A stretch of DNA of 64,000 bases from contig NC_042998.1 of NCBI RefSeq assembly GCF_006345805.1, positions 9,610,001 to 9,674,000 of the forward strand. The letters run 5' to 3'. Within the stretch, counting starts at the first letter, position 1, and each line of letters begins with the position of its first letter. The notes below the pieces were generated by a model. It was given only the letters and a program-made list of their open reading frames with translations. It was not told where the DNA came from and did no database searches. The stretch comes from Octopus sinensis (taxonomy: Eukaryota). Shown one piece after another: positions 50,963 to 63,536 of this stretch. A program made the translations under genes and the position numbers.

Positions 50963-51552
50963 TCATCCGATCGTGGCCGTTTGCCAGCCTTGTCTGGCAC
51001 CTGTGCCGGTGGCACTTAAAAAGCACCCACTACACTCACGGAGTGGTTGGCGTTAGGAAGGGCATCCAGCTGTAGAAACACTGCCAGATCAGACTGGGCC
51101 TGGTGCAGCCTTCTGGCTTCCCAGACCCCAGTTGAACCGTCTAACCCATGCTAGCATGGAAAACGGATGCTAAACGATGATGATGATGATATATATATAT
51201 CAGCGCCGCCTTGACTGGCCTCTGTGCTGGTGGCACGTAATAAGCACCATCTGAACGTGGCCGATGCCAGCGCCGCCTTGACTGGCTTTTGTGCTGGTGG
51301 CACGTAAAAAGAACCAACCGATCATGGCCGCTGCCAGACTCCCCTGGCACCTGTGTCGGTGGCACATAAAAAGCACCCATTACACTCATGGAGTGGTTGG
51401 TGTTAGGAAGGGCATCCAGCTGTAGAAACACTGCCAGATCAGACTGGAGCCTGGTGCAGCCTCCTGGCTTCCCAGACCCCAGTTGAACCGTCCAACCCAT
51501 GCTAGCATGGAAAACGGACGCTAAACGATGATGATGATGATTTAAGATGATG
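50963..51552 (+). mobile_element. Two tandem RTE 3'-end copies
   Basis: The first ends in (GAT)n(AT)n at ~51200; the second, with extra modules, follows directly. Confidence 0.85.
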
Positions 51553-52088
51553 ATGAAATATACCAAGGTGGCTTGACATAACCAGTAGCTTAACACTTGC
51601 TTCATAGCATGAATAAGGAGAAGAAAAAAAATCTTTCCTTCCGAAAATAAATAAATGAACAAAACACTTGCATTTTGTAGCCTTTCAAGATCTTGTACTT
51701 ATTCAAGAAAGATGAGTCAAAGCTTGTAAAATTGAACATACTACTCAAATGCATAACTGCAACAAGTTTCAGTCGAAGACTAAGCACTGATGACTCACTC
51801 ATCATTTATGTTTATATTTTAAGCTTATAGGAGATGGAAGAACTAGAAAATTCTAATGAACATTCATTCTGGGAGAGCAAAATATTTCAACACACATTTA
51901 CTAACATATGAGAAATAACAATAAAATTTGATTCTATATACATTTAATACACTTTCAGTTAATATTACATATCAATCAGAGCAATTGACAGAAAATGTAG
52001 AGGGTTTCACTTAATATTTTATGATGTTCTAAGCTTGTTCAAGGCTGACAATTTTTTTTAACATCCTTCTGGTGTTGATAAAGTAGCC

Positions 52089-52240
52089 TTAACCCTTTCG
52101 TTACTGTATTTCTGTTGAGATGCTCTTTGTTTCTTTCAATTACTTTAAATATAATAAAGAATTTAGTAAAAAAATTGTGACTAAGGTTTGATGGAAGATT
52201 TTAATTCAAAACTTTATGAAAACATGATATTTGTACTCAG
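52089..52240. mobile_element. Internally deleted MITE family A
   Basis: Left end TTAA|CCCTTTCGTTAC only. Confidence 0.65.
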
Positions 52241-52806
52241 AGCCAATTTTCCTAAGCAATCCTGTAGTTGACTATGACAATAGCATAAATCTAAATTATG
52301 AAATGAAAATAAAAACCTTACAATATCTCGTGCCATGTAAAGGCACCCAGCACACTCTGTAAAGTGGTTGGCATTAGGAAGGTCATCCAGCTGTAGGAAC
52401 CATGCCAAATCAGACTGGAGCCTGGTGCAGCTTCTCCAGCTTGCCAGCTCTGGTCAAACCATCCAACCCTTGCTAGTGTGGTCAACTAGCAAGGGTTGTC
52501 CACACCAGCAATGATAATGATGATACCGATATAGTATGTGAACTTCACATATACATTAATTTTCTAAGATATTATAGGTTGATACTTTTGTAAATTTGGA
52601 TATTTAAGTGAATCTTAAGTTCAGAATTGGGTACCCTTCTTAACACAAAATACCAAACCAGTAAAGAGAAACATTATGTATTTCGTGATTTTTCTATTAA
52701 GTTTACAGGGAGATTTAAACCATTATGCCTTATATAAGATCACAATATAATGCTATCATCCAAGTTTTGTAGGTTTTTATCTTTCCTCTACTTTTAAGCC
52801 GTGATA

Positions 52807-53197
52807 TCTTTATATATAAAAGTGAAGTTGTGTGTCCGTCTCCTACAATTTAGATTCCTAACTACTCCCACATTTTGCGGTGCAGTGTAAACAAAAGCGG
52901 GTATCTTACAGTCGTGATTCATATTGAGCCCTTCTGGGTATTAGCGCGTGTCTATGATGAGTCTACGATTTAAAAAAAATTTACCATCATTTTTTCCCAT
53001 TTTTAATGCATTTTTGGCATATATAAGGGAAATAACTCTCTAAAAATGTATTATTAAATCTCAGAACGTAAAAAGCTACAGTAACACCCCGCTTTGAGGT
53101 TAGCCATATTGAGATGGCTATTATACTTTACATCTCTAAAAATGCTTATATAGTTATTTCCCTTACAAACCCGAGCAATGCCGGGCGATACTGTTAG
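52807..53197 (+). mobile_element. Non-autonomous Helitron
   Basis: A|TCTTTATATATAAAAG start; subterminal hairpin CCCG-AGCAATGC-CGGG; degenerate ..TTAG|T end. A ~55-nt core is shared with ~1824-1887. Confidence 0.7.
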
Positions 53198-53682
53198 TCA
53201 ATATATATAAGAGAACCTTTACTTAGAAAATTTTATAGTATATACTTTAATTACATTTTTTTTAGAAAATTTCTAATTTAAGTTTTAACATTAAAATGGA
53301 GTCACAATAGATAAGTAAATAAAATGTCAGTTTTTTTTCATGTAAAATGTCATGTGCTGTACTATGATTTGGACAAGGAATAGAACATTTATAGTTACAA
53401 TTAGATGATACAAAGAAAAAATAGAAAAATGCGAAAAAGGTAAAGATAGACCACAATAATAATTTGATATCCATTTTGGTGGTTTGTAGTTCCAGGATCA
53501 AATTCTTGCAAATGAGAATATTTAAATTGAAAAAAAGGAAAAAAATAAGACGAAAATGAAACAAAATATTCGCTTTCATTTAATGATGTAATATGCAATG
53601 CCAGTTGGTCAAAAATATCACCAGCGAGACAAAGAACAGAAAATGCAAAGACAGAACAGAAATTAAAGTTTAGATTACTCAC

Positions 53683-53729
53683 GTTCCTTTATCATTCCAT
53701 TCTAAACAATTCACACAGCCTTGGTGACC
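53683..53729 (-). CDS. WDTC1: WDTC1 exon (47 nt)
   Basis: tcacag|GGT CAC CAA GGC TGT GTG AAT TGT TTA GAA TGG AAT GAT AAA GGA AC|gtgagt = GHQGCVNCLEWNDKG. Confidence 0.96.
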
Positions 53730-53943
53730 CTGTGAGGAAATGTAAATGTTATAAGGTTAAATGTGTGTAAGAAAGTATTTAAAAGAGATGGGGGGAAAAA
53801 AATAGGCAAAATGCAGCTGAACTGAAAAATACATTTGAATTTCATTACAATAAAACTGAAACAAATCCAATTTTTGTCATAGAGAAACATTTAGACTGGC
53901 TTATTATTAGAATTATTATTATTATTATTATTATTATTATAAA

Positions 53944-54398
53944 AGTCATGAGCTGGTAGAATAGTTAGCACAGCAGACAAAATGCTTCATGGCATTTATT
54001 CTGCATCTTTATGTTCTGGGTTCAAATTCCACTGAGGTTGACTTGCCTTTCATCTTTCCAGGGTCAATAAAATAAGCACCAGTTCAACACTGGGGGCAAT
54101 ATATATTTCTTTATTGCCCACAAGGGGCTAAACATAGAGGGGACAAACAACAACAGACAAAGGGATTAAGTCAATTACATCGACCCCAGTGCGAAACTGG
54201 TACTTTATTTATCGACCCCGAAAGGATGAAAGGCAAAGTCGACCTCGGCGGAATTTGAACTCACAACGTAGTGGCAGACGAAATACCACTAAGCATTTCG
54301 ACCGGCGCGCTAACGTGTCTGCCAGCTCGCCGCACACTGGGGTCAATATAATTGACTAGCCCCCCATCCCCACAAAATTTCAGGCCTTGTGCCTATGA
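53944..54398 (+). mobile_element. Older family-3-related SINE with antiparallel young copy nested at 54104-54333
   Basis: TSD ACACTGGGG(G/T)CAATATA at 54087-54103 and 54334-54350. Confidence 0.85.
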
Positions 54399-57300
54399 TT
54401 AGAAAGGACAGGCAGAATTGTTAGCATGCTGCTGGATAGAATGTTTAGTGGCATTTTGTCTATCTCTAGTTCTGAGTTCAAATTCCACTGAGGTTGACTT
54501 TGCCTTTCATCTTTCCAGGGTCAATAAAATAAGTACCAATTGAGCACTGGGGTTGATACAATCAAGTAGCCACCTCTCACCAAATTTCAGGCTTGTATGT
54601 AGCCTTCTGAGCATTTAAAGTAACTAATTTCATGAGTGTTCTGTTAACTACTCTGCATTTGCTATGTATGAAGTTTGCCTTATCTTCATATTCTGCACCT
54701 CTAGTACACCCTTAGTTTATACTGGGTATTTCCTTTCTGCATATCAAGCATTGCCCTTTCTCAGATTGCATTAGACTCCTGTTATCTTTCCAGTTCACCA
54801 AAAATTATCAACATAGCTACTTCTTTTTTTTCTTTTCAGGCCTCAATTTTAGGCTTCACTTCTTCCACATTTGGAATTTCCTTGCTAATCATTCAACAAA
54901 TTCAGCTTTGAGATTTAAGTTGCAGCCAACCAAACTTAAATTCCAGCTATGGCCTTCAGAACTATAACAAAAAAGGAGGAGGTTGAGAACTGAGACTTGA
55001 TGGACACTTACCAGTATTGAACTCAATGCTAACTTTCATCTTACTAACAAAATCTCGGTACACAGCTTGTATAACTCTCTCTCATCTTTCATCAACAAGT
55101 AGTTTTTTTTTTATATGATTACCAGACTACAGAATGCGGTACCTTGTTAGAGGCTTTCACAAGTCAGCAACTGTCAAGTATTGTGGCTTGCTCTTCACTC
55201 ACAAGTCTCTTTTAGCTTTGGTGCTACCTCATCCTACATCTTAACGAAGCTCATTCTCTTCCTAATTAACTTTGCTGTAATTTTTGTTCTGCTGCTTTCA
55301 TCAATTTGATGTCTCTGTAGTTAGTTCTTTGTAAAGCCTATCCTTCACTTTTGTAACTGTTGATGATGATACTGTTCCTCCAGCCATTGAGGATAACATC
55401 TCCCTACATTGCCTGACATACACTCTTTTACTTGTTTCAGTCATTTGACTGCGGCCATGCTGGAGCACCGTCTTTAGTCGAGCAAATCGACTCCAGGACT
55501 TATTCTTTGTAAGCCCAGTACTTATTCTACTTCCACACCAGAAGGAAAAAAAATTGTAGACTTTTAGGTTGGATACATATGGTGTGAAAGTAAGATTAAC
55601 AAACATATATCTGTTTGTTTTGTGCATGTGCAGGATTATATGCTTTGCATGTGTGAGCAAGGTATTAGTCCTCATTAGTTCTAAAAAGCTGTATTTCTTA
55701 TTTCTTTGAGTTGTTGGAATGAAAAATGAAGTATCATTAATTTGTAATCTGATCTGTATCATCCTCAAAAAAAAAAAAAAAGCCACTGGACTTGCCTATA
55801 CATGCACACTGATGCACTCCCTCACACAAGTACTCCCTTCAAAAAGACAAAGATACTATTCATAAAATAAATAGATAACTATATAAAGAAATAAACGCTT
55901 AATCTCTCACAGAATCCAAACTATACAGATATGTGAAGATGTACCATGAACACACATTCATTTACAAGCTCACAGAGTCCACAGCTTTCATACACTCCAT
56001 ACCGTACACATTTACAGGGTGTCCAGAAAGTTATGGTGCGATTTAAAATACATAGGGTTTATCTGTAAAAAGGATGAGAAAGCTTGATGTGTCTAGTTTT
56101 TCTGTTCTTCTGAAGTTTTATCTATTACTAGCTTAAAACCCGCACACTGTGCAGATTTTATGCCAGCTCTTGTGGGGGCTAATTGGGCTTGTGGCCCAAA
56201 GCTAAAGAGAGCTAAATAGCATGACTATAATACATCTATAATGATATGCCCCAGTGGTGTTTGATCAGAGGTTGAGGACGGGTGAGAATTAATTCTGTAA
56301 TGCAATCATTCTCTTGTTCCAGTCCCAAGTTGAATTCCAACTGTTGACCAATTTATTCCAAAGTTCTTATTATTACAATGTAAAATTAACGAATCGAATG
56401 TCATTCATCTCTCCCTTGGTCTCTGACATCATCTGACAAATGCCAACCAGGATGGTGTGAATCAGCCAAGCTTTACATGCTAGAAATAGCAACCCAAATG
56501 CTTTTAAATCAGACCTCAATGTTGGATATTCAAGAGCCAAATGAAGGGCAGATTTTCAATCCCGGGGTCATCCTGATTCCAAAAAGGTATAATATGTCTA
56601 TGTTGAGCAAATGTAGGCTGAGATACAGGGGTCCCAGATGGACAGACAGAATTTGTGCCTGCAACTGAGGATGAGCCAAATAACTTGAAACTGAGTCAGT
56701 CTTGTGGTCCTGTTACCTGTTAGAGGGTGGTAGGGGTTCGTTCCCCCCTACCAACAATATATTGTATATAAAAGGTGCTCTACATAGGCAATTCAACCAG
56801 AGGCCAAACTTCAATGAAATTTTACCTTCTGTCTAAAAAAATCCGAACACGCAAGACAATGTAGTCTGAGGTAGACACAATATCTAAAAAAAACCCCAAA
56901 AAACAAAATGGACATGGTCATGACTGACCTGCTTTTGATTGAACATCTACTCAATCAGGTCTGACCTGGGGTTAAACAACAGCAGCTATACTGTAAAATA
57001 GCCCTTTACTTGAAGTTTTCTTCATGTATAGCTACACATGAAATAATAAATTGACATTTGAAAATAAGAAATAAATACATTTTCCTCTTTCTTCCTCATC
57101 TTGAGAGAGACAGAGAGAGAGAGAGAGAGAAGTAGAGAGAGAGAGAAAGTAGAGAGAGAGAGACACACACACACAGAAATATAATTTTCTACAGCTACTT
57201 ATGTCCCTACTTATGCCTTCTATTCCCCACCACATCTGTCTCTCTGTTTCTTTCTCTGTCTTCCTGCAGACTTCTTGTTAGGGGAAATGAGAAACCACAT

Positions 57301-57508
57301 GCTACAAGAAGCCTGGTCTCCCACCATATTATCTTCACAGCATAAACCATCCAACTGCAATGGCACTTATTGCAGCAAGATTATCCTGGGGAGACTGTTA
57401 AAACCTTGAACAACTGATCAAGATGAATTACTTAGTGACTATATTTCATTTGTAGATTTGATACAAGGCTCAATTACAAAGACAGACATTTATTAAGATT
57501 AAATTACC

Positions 57509-58090
57509 TTAACCCTTTCGTTACCCACCTGGCTGAAACCAGCTCTGGCTCTGTAGTACAAATGTCTTGTTTTCATCAGTTTTGAATTAAAATCTTCCAC
57601 CAAACCTTAGTCACAATTTATGTTCCTAACACTAGCTGAATGATAACTAAGTTATTTTACAAAATTCTTTGTTATCATCATCATCGTTTAACGTCCGTTC
57701 TCCATGCTAGCATGAGTTGGACGGTTCGACCGGGGATCTGGGAAGCCAGAAGGCTGCACCAGGCTCCGGTCTTATCTGGCAATGTTTCTACAGTTGGATG
57801 CCCTTCCTAACGCCAACCACTCCGTGAGTGTAGTGGGTGCTTTTTACGTACCACCTGCACTGGTGCCAGGCGAGGCTGGCATTGGCCACGGTCGGATTGG
57901 TGCATTTTACGTGCCACCGGTACGGAAGCCAGTCAAGGCGGCACTGGCTTCGGCCACGATTCGGATGGTGCTTTTTACATGCCACCGACACGAAAGCCAG
58001 TCGAGGCGGCGCTGGCATTTGACACGATTCGGATAGTGCTTAAAGTAATTGAAAGAAACACAGAGCATCTCAAAATAACGAAAGGGTTAA
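57509..58090. mobile_element. MITE family A interrupted by an RTE 3'-end (-) at ~57676-58040
   Basis: TTAA|CCCTTTCGTTACC...AACGAAAGGG|TTAA with an (ATC)n-led RTE insertion inside. Confidence 0.85.
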
Positions 58091-58419
58091 GGCGGCAAGC
58101 TGGCAGAATGTTTAGCAGCATTTTGCCTGTCTTCACATCTGACTACAAATTCTGTCAAGGTCCACTCTGCCTTTCATATTTTGGGGGTCAATAAAATAAG
58201 TACCAGTTGAACACTGGGATTGATGCAATCAACTTAGCCCCTTCCCTGAAATTGCTGGCCTTGTACCAAAATTTGAAAAGAGTGGCAAGCTGGCAGAAAC
58301 TCTTGGGGTTGATGTAACTAACTTACCTCCTCCCCACTGAACATGCTGGCCTTGTGCCAAAATTTGAAACCAATATTAGATTATCATAAAGTGTCAAGCT
58401 GGAAGAATTGCTAGTGGCT

Positions 58420-58689
58420 TCGTCTGGTCTCCGTGCCGGTGGCACGTAAAAAGCACCATCCGATCATGGCCTTTTGCCAGCCTCGTCTGGCACCTATGCT
58501 GGTGGCATGTAAAAAGCACCCACTACACTCACGGAGTGGTTGGCGTTAGGAAGGGCATCCAGCTGTAGAAACACTGCTAGACCAGACTGGGCCTGGTGCA
58601 GCCTTCTGGCTCCCCAGACCCCAGTTGAACCGTCCAACCCATGCTAGCATGGAAAGCAGACGTTAAATGATGATGATGATGATGATGAT
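58420..58689 (+). mobile_element. RTE 3'-end copy inserted in an old SINE
   Basis: Tail match with (GAT)n. Confidence 0.8.
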
Positions 58690-59147
58690 TTCTTCCAATT
58701 TTATATTCTGGATTCAAATGCTGTCGGGTCAACTTTGCTTTTCGTTTGTTCAGGGGTTTATAAAATAAGTATCAGTTGCACACTGGGGTCATTGTAACAG
58801 ACTTGCCTCCCCCCCACTGAACATGCTGGTCATATGCCAACATTTGAAACCAACATGACTGTAATGTGAACTTCTTAACCACATGACCATGCATGTATCC
58901 ATAAAACTTTATGGTTATCATCAAAAGCATCAGGTAAAATGCCTTGCAGTATTTGTTCTAGTGTTTTATGCTACGAGTTCAAACCTCATCAAGGCCAATT
59001 TTGCCTTTCATCTTTCTGGGGTCAATGAAATAAAGCAGCGATCATGTACTGTGGTTACTGTTGTCAATTTTTATTAACTAACCTCTTTCCACAAATTTCT
59101 GACCTTGTAACTCTGTTAGAAATAGTTATTTCATTAGCACTTAACCA

Positions 59148-59374
59148 TTAACCCTTTAGTATTTAAATCGGACATATCCAGCCAAAATATTTAATCTGTT
59201 TTATGTTCAAACTGACCAGATCCAGGCCCTCACACCTACCCTACAATGTTATTCTACATTAAGTAATTACACCATCAAGATCTTGAAGATATGAGATAAT
59301 GCATGATTAATTCAAATCAATGTGAATCAATAAGCATTATGTTTGATAGAATAATCCAAAAACTAAAGGGTTAA
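59148..59374. mobile_element. MITE family B
   Basis: TTAA|CCCTTTAG...CTAAAGGG|TTAA. Confidence 0.8.
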
Positions 59375-59813
59375 TCTGTCAATACTCACACAAGTAAGAC
59401 AGAGCTACCTGACTGCAACTAAACTTACAGAAACATAATAATATTGCTTCCGTCAGGAATAAATATTCTATGGTTAGATGTCCTTTCCAACACCAACCAC
59501 ATAATTAAGTAGTATTTATTTCCCTTTTATTTGAGCCAAGGGGTATGAATTATAAAACGTCAGAACATCAATGGGCACCAACTATAAAATGTCATGGCCT
59601 CAGCCTCTGGTTGAAACCAGTAAAAGAATTTATTTAATTAAACAATTTTTAAGTAGTATAAGTCCTTAAAATTAACACTTTATATAAAGTATGAGTCCCT
59701 TTGTGAGGAATGTTATCTGAGCACAAAGAGAGAAGTGTAAAAAAAAAAAAGGGTTATTTGTGCAAAGGATTTCAATCATGTTGTGATTGTATATTAAGAG
59801 CTAATTTACAAAC

Positions 59814-59897
59814 CTCAAGGTCTTTCTCTAACCCCAGCCGATGAATCATGTCTGGAGTGACTTGTAGGGTTCGCTGGAAGCAAATACATTGTTGATC
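59814..59897 (-). CDS. WDTC1: WDTC1 exon (most 5' coding exon found)
   Basis: tttcag|GAT CAA...CTT GAG|gtttgt. Encodes FQRTLQVTPDMIHRLGLEKDLE (vertebrate equivalent recalled as FERRYHVTDPFIRRLGLEAELQ). Confidence 0.93.
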
Positions 59898-60351
59898 CTG
59901 AAAAGAGAATAAAGCAGTTATTAGTTTTCATTTTATTTCATACATTGAGGACTAACGTATTTAACTATTGGCTGGTATTGAGAAGAACCCAGCGAGAGGC
60001 CCACATCATCTAGGACTACTATTAGTAGTCCTAGCTTTGACTTTCAGTTTTTGGTTCCTTCAACTGCTGATTCAGCACACATGAAATATTGATTCCATAT
60101 TAGTGAAATTCCTGTGAATTCCTTTTGCAGTGAATTAAAAAAAAAAAAGGTCAAAGCAAAGAAACAAGTGACCTACTTCTTGAATTATTGTATCGTGTAA
60201 TAAATGGTCCAGATTAAGAAAGAAAATTTTAATGATGATGATGATGATTTCAATAAATAGGTTCAAAATTAAATAAGGCAAGCACTTTGATCTTAATGCC
60301 AAGTAATTTTTTAAACTTGAAACATTCAAACATGATTTTAGAAGTACTAAG

Positions 60352-60619
60352 TGGCAAGAAAAAGAATAAACATTGACTTAAGGCTGAAGATCGACACTGG
60401 AGCCCAGAGTGATATCTTGCCTGTCAACCTCCACAAAAAGGTGTTCCCAGAACTCATGACACAAGAGTATAAAGTCAAAGAAGGAATCCTCACACCAAGT
60501 GATGTAATCCTCACTGCGTACGGAGGTACCAGGATTCCACAACTGGGCAAAACAACAATCACAGGGACACAAAGGAAAAACAATCAAGTGTTCTTTTTAT
60601 GTCACAAGAACACAAGAGA
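60352..60619 (+). mobile_element. Ty3/Gypsy pol fragment (retropepsin)
   Basis: LRLKIDTGAQSDILP aspartic protease motif, followed by LTAYGG. Confidence 0.85.
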
Positions 60620-60676
60620 CTGGTTTGAGGCACCAGTTTCTTCGGAGGTGTGGGTTCGCATCCCACGCTGCCACCA
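60620..60676 (+). pseudogene. Reverse-transcribed tRNA-Leu fragment (positions 27-76 including CCA)
   Basis: CTGGT-TTGAGGC-ACCAG anticodon arm, long variable arm, GTGGG-TTCGCAT-CCCAC T arm and GCTGCCACCA end; no D arm or 5' acceptor strand. Confidence 0.88.
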
Positions 60677-60827
60677 TGTTATGTGTAGTTTCAGTCAGGT
60701 GGGATAGACAACTCTATACGAAGCATAGTGGCAGTTCGTGTAACATGGAAAAGTAAATAACACGAAAAAGAATAACTATGCTTCGTATAGAGTTGTCTAT
60801 CCCACCAGACGGAAACTACACATAACA
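60677..60827. repeat. Foldback of an LTR 3' end: 53-bp inverted arms, 45-nt spacer
   Basis: 60677-60729 vs 60775-60827, 2 mismatches; homologous to the LTR at 63550+. Confidence 0.92.
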
Positions 60828-60898
60828 CTAAGAGTTAAAAAGACAGAAAGAGGATACATTACATTCCATTTGATATGTTATGACAGAACTTCAGATAG

Positions 60899-61129
60899 TT
60901 ATCCCTTTTGATACCAACCCGGCTGAAACCGCCTCTGGCTCTGTAGTACAAATGTCTTGTTTTCATAAATTTTGGATTAAATTTTTCCACCAAACCTTAG
61001 TCACAATTTATGTTCCTAACACTAGCTTAATGATAAACTAAACTATTTTACTAAATTCTTTGTTATATTTAAAATTAACTGAAGGAATCACAGAGCATCT
61101 CAAAATAAATACAGTAATGAAAGGGTTAA
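60899..61129. mobile_element. MITE family A
   Basis: TTAT|CCCTTTTGATACC...TAATGAAAGGG|TTAA. Confidence 0.8.
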
Positions 61130-61187
61130 ATTTGTCCTGGAGCCCTTTCTTTTTAAATTCTTCACCCTTCCATTTTATACTTTAGAT

Positions 61188-61389
61188 CAGTGGTTTTCAA
61201 CCAGGGTTCTGCCAGTACAGTCTAGGGGTTCCGCAAGAAGTTACAAAACTGCTTAAAATCAGCAGTAATTTTTAATTCTCCTGTGCAGATATGTGTGCAT
61301 AAGACTATTAAATTATTGCACAGGGGTTTCTTGAGCCAGTAGAATGTTTCCTTGGGGTTCTGCTCCAGCAAAAAGTTTGAAAAGCACTG
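61188..61389. mobile_element. hAT (Charlie-like) MITE
   Basis: CAGTGGTTTTCAAC...TTTGAAAAGCACTG TIRs; 8-bp TSD CTTTAGAT/CTCTAGAT (NTCTAGAN-type target). Confidence 0.85.
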
Positions 61390-62715
61390 CTCTAGATACT
61401 CTCCTAATGCTCATTGTGACACAAAAACAGTGTTGGTGTTTAAATTAAGAATTTATTTACAATTACCAGAAATCTCTGATTTTCAGTTCTTATTTCCACT
61501 GCTGGTTCAGAAAGTGAGTATCACATTAATCCCTACAAATCTTTATTTTTTTTATAAAACATCAAGTTTCTATTTACCCAACATTAGCAATTTCATTCAT
61601 GATATCATTACTCAGACTACAAATTCCCTACTTTTATTCTGTTGTTCAATTCTAGGATTCTTGAGCTTCCTTGTCAATTCAAACTTGCTCATAAACTAAT
61701 TCAAGCTATAAAAAGCAACTTCATTTATACACTGGGTCATCTCATAAATAATGCAATTTTTTAATACTTCTTTTATTTTTCAAAATTAAGATAAAGTTGC
61801 ACTGTTGCCTTTATTGAACTCATGAAGCAAAATATTCTGAATATGCTCCTCTGTCACTTCCATTATAGCTTTGAAAAAATATCTGTTAAGATTGAACTGC
61901 ACTCTTCAAAACTCACACTAAGAATAAGGACATAGTAAAATTACTACCTGCTTTTATAGTAAGTTGATGCAGGTAGATAATCCCTTCCCTCTCTGACTTT
62001 TAGTTCATGAAATTCAAAAAACTGCATTATTTATGTGATGACCTAACAATGTATTTCAAATTTTGGCACAAGACCAGCAATTCTGGGGGAGGGTAATTCG
62101 ATTATATCAACTCTTGGTTGAATTTGAACTCAGAATGTGAAGAGGAATGAAATGCCACTGAGCATTTTGCCTGGTGTGCTAATGATTCTGTCAACACACT
62201 GACTTCATTTACATAATATATTAAAAAACATAAACCCTCAATGTGCTTCTAGTCCTGAATCTTGTTATTTAGTATTAAAGCTAAAACAAAAAAAAGCAAA
62301 CAAATTGAAGAAGGAATTTTGTATGATTTAAATTCCTAATGAAATTATTACTTAACTTAATCCTGATTATATCTCTAGCTCCACAACACAAATTCAATAT
62401 CCTTCACAAATTATTCATTTCCAATAGTTTTCTTATAGTCCACCAGTTCACATTTTTTACCCAACACACTCCTTCTGTAGTTCTAAGACTGTTCTTCCAC
62501 ACCTTGCTGTACGATGAAGCTACATTTTATAGTTTAACCATTGTTAATACTATTTTGCATCAGCTTTTCTATGATCCTTCATAACACATTTTTTCTGCCT
62601 TAATTAAAATAGGTAGGGCAGCACCTGTAACCTTTTTCAGTGTCCCCAAGACTAGGAGATGGAAAGGGAAGAAGAAATCACTGCTCATAGTTTATCCTCT
62701 GACCTGAAACCTAGT

Positions 62716-62945
62716 TTAACCCTTTAGTGCTCACATTATTCTGCCAAAATTAATCCCTTTCTTATCCACATTGTTTTGAACTAATCCTGCATTATCTTGT
62801 AGCTATGAGATTTTGATGAGGTAGCTGTTAATTTTTAAAACGATATTGTAGGGTTGGTGTAAGAGACCAGATCTGGCCAGTTTGAACATAAAACAGGCAG
62901 AATACTTTCGGCCAGATATGGCCAGTTTAAATACTAAAGGGTTAA
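62716..62945. mobile_element. MITE family B
   Basis: TTAA|CCCTTTAG...CTAAAGGG|TTAA. Confidence 0.8.
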
Positions 62946-63536
62946 ATATCTGTAAATGGGTGGATGCAGCCAAAGGCCTCCCAATCGCTAGGTGACAGCA
63001 TTAAACCAAGCAAGGGGTCAAGTGGGTATGAAATATTTTGGCACAGTTGTTTTGGCGCCACCTCTTTAGCATCGCTGACTTGATGGAGACTTGACATCAG
63101 ACATTTCATTGTTCTCTCGTTTTCACCATTACCACACTCTCTCCTTTATGAATATGAGCATATTTCTCTTATTGTTGTGTATGAGGAGAGGGAAGGTGTT
63201 TATACCAATTGCATTCAATTAAATAAATTGCTCTCTCTATCCTTCCCTCTCTGATTTACTCTTATCTTTTCATTTTTTTTCATTTTTTTTTTGAAAAAAC
63301 TTTATCATGAATAAAAAGAGAAAATATTTACATTTTTTTTATCAAAATATACCATTAGTTTCAATTGCCTAAAAAAAATTTAATAAGAAAGTGAAAACCA
63401 AATTGAGTAAAATTAAATTAATCATAGCAGTTTTTTGAAAGTTCATGTATATTTTTTTTTTCTTTAACGGTATCAAACCGGCGGCAGGATGTTCTTTCTG
63501 TTTTGTTGTAAAGGCACAGTTTCCGATTAATTATTT

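Noticed and set aside
56013-56040. TACAGGGTGTCC Tc1/mariner-like terminus
   Set aside because: No matching opposite TIR found nearby.
60620-60676. Functional tRNA-Leu(GAG) gene
   Set aside because: No D arm, A box or 5' acceptor strand; CCA is encoded; it is embedded in retroelement sequence.
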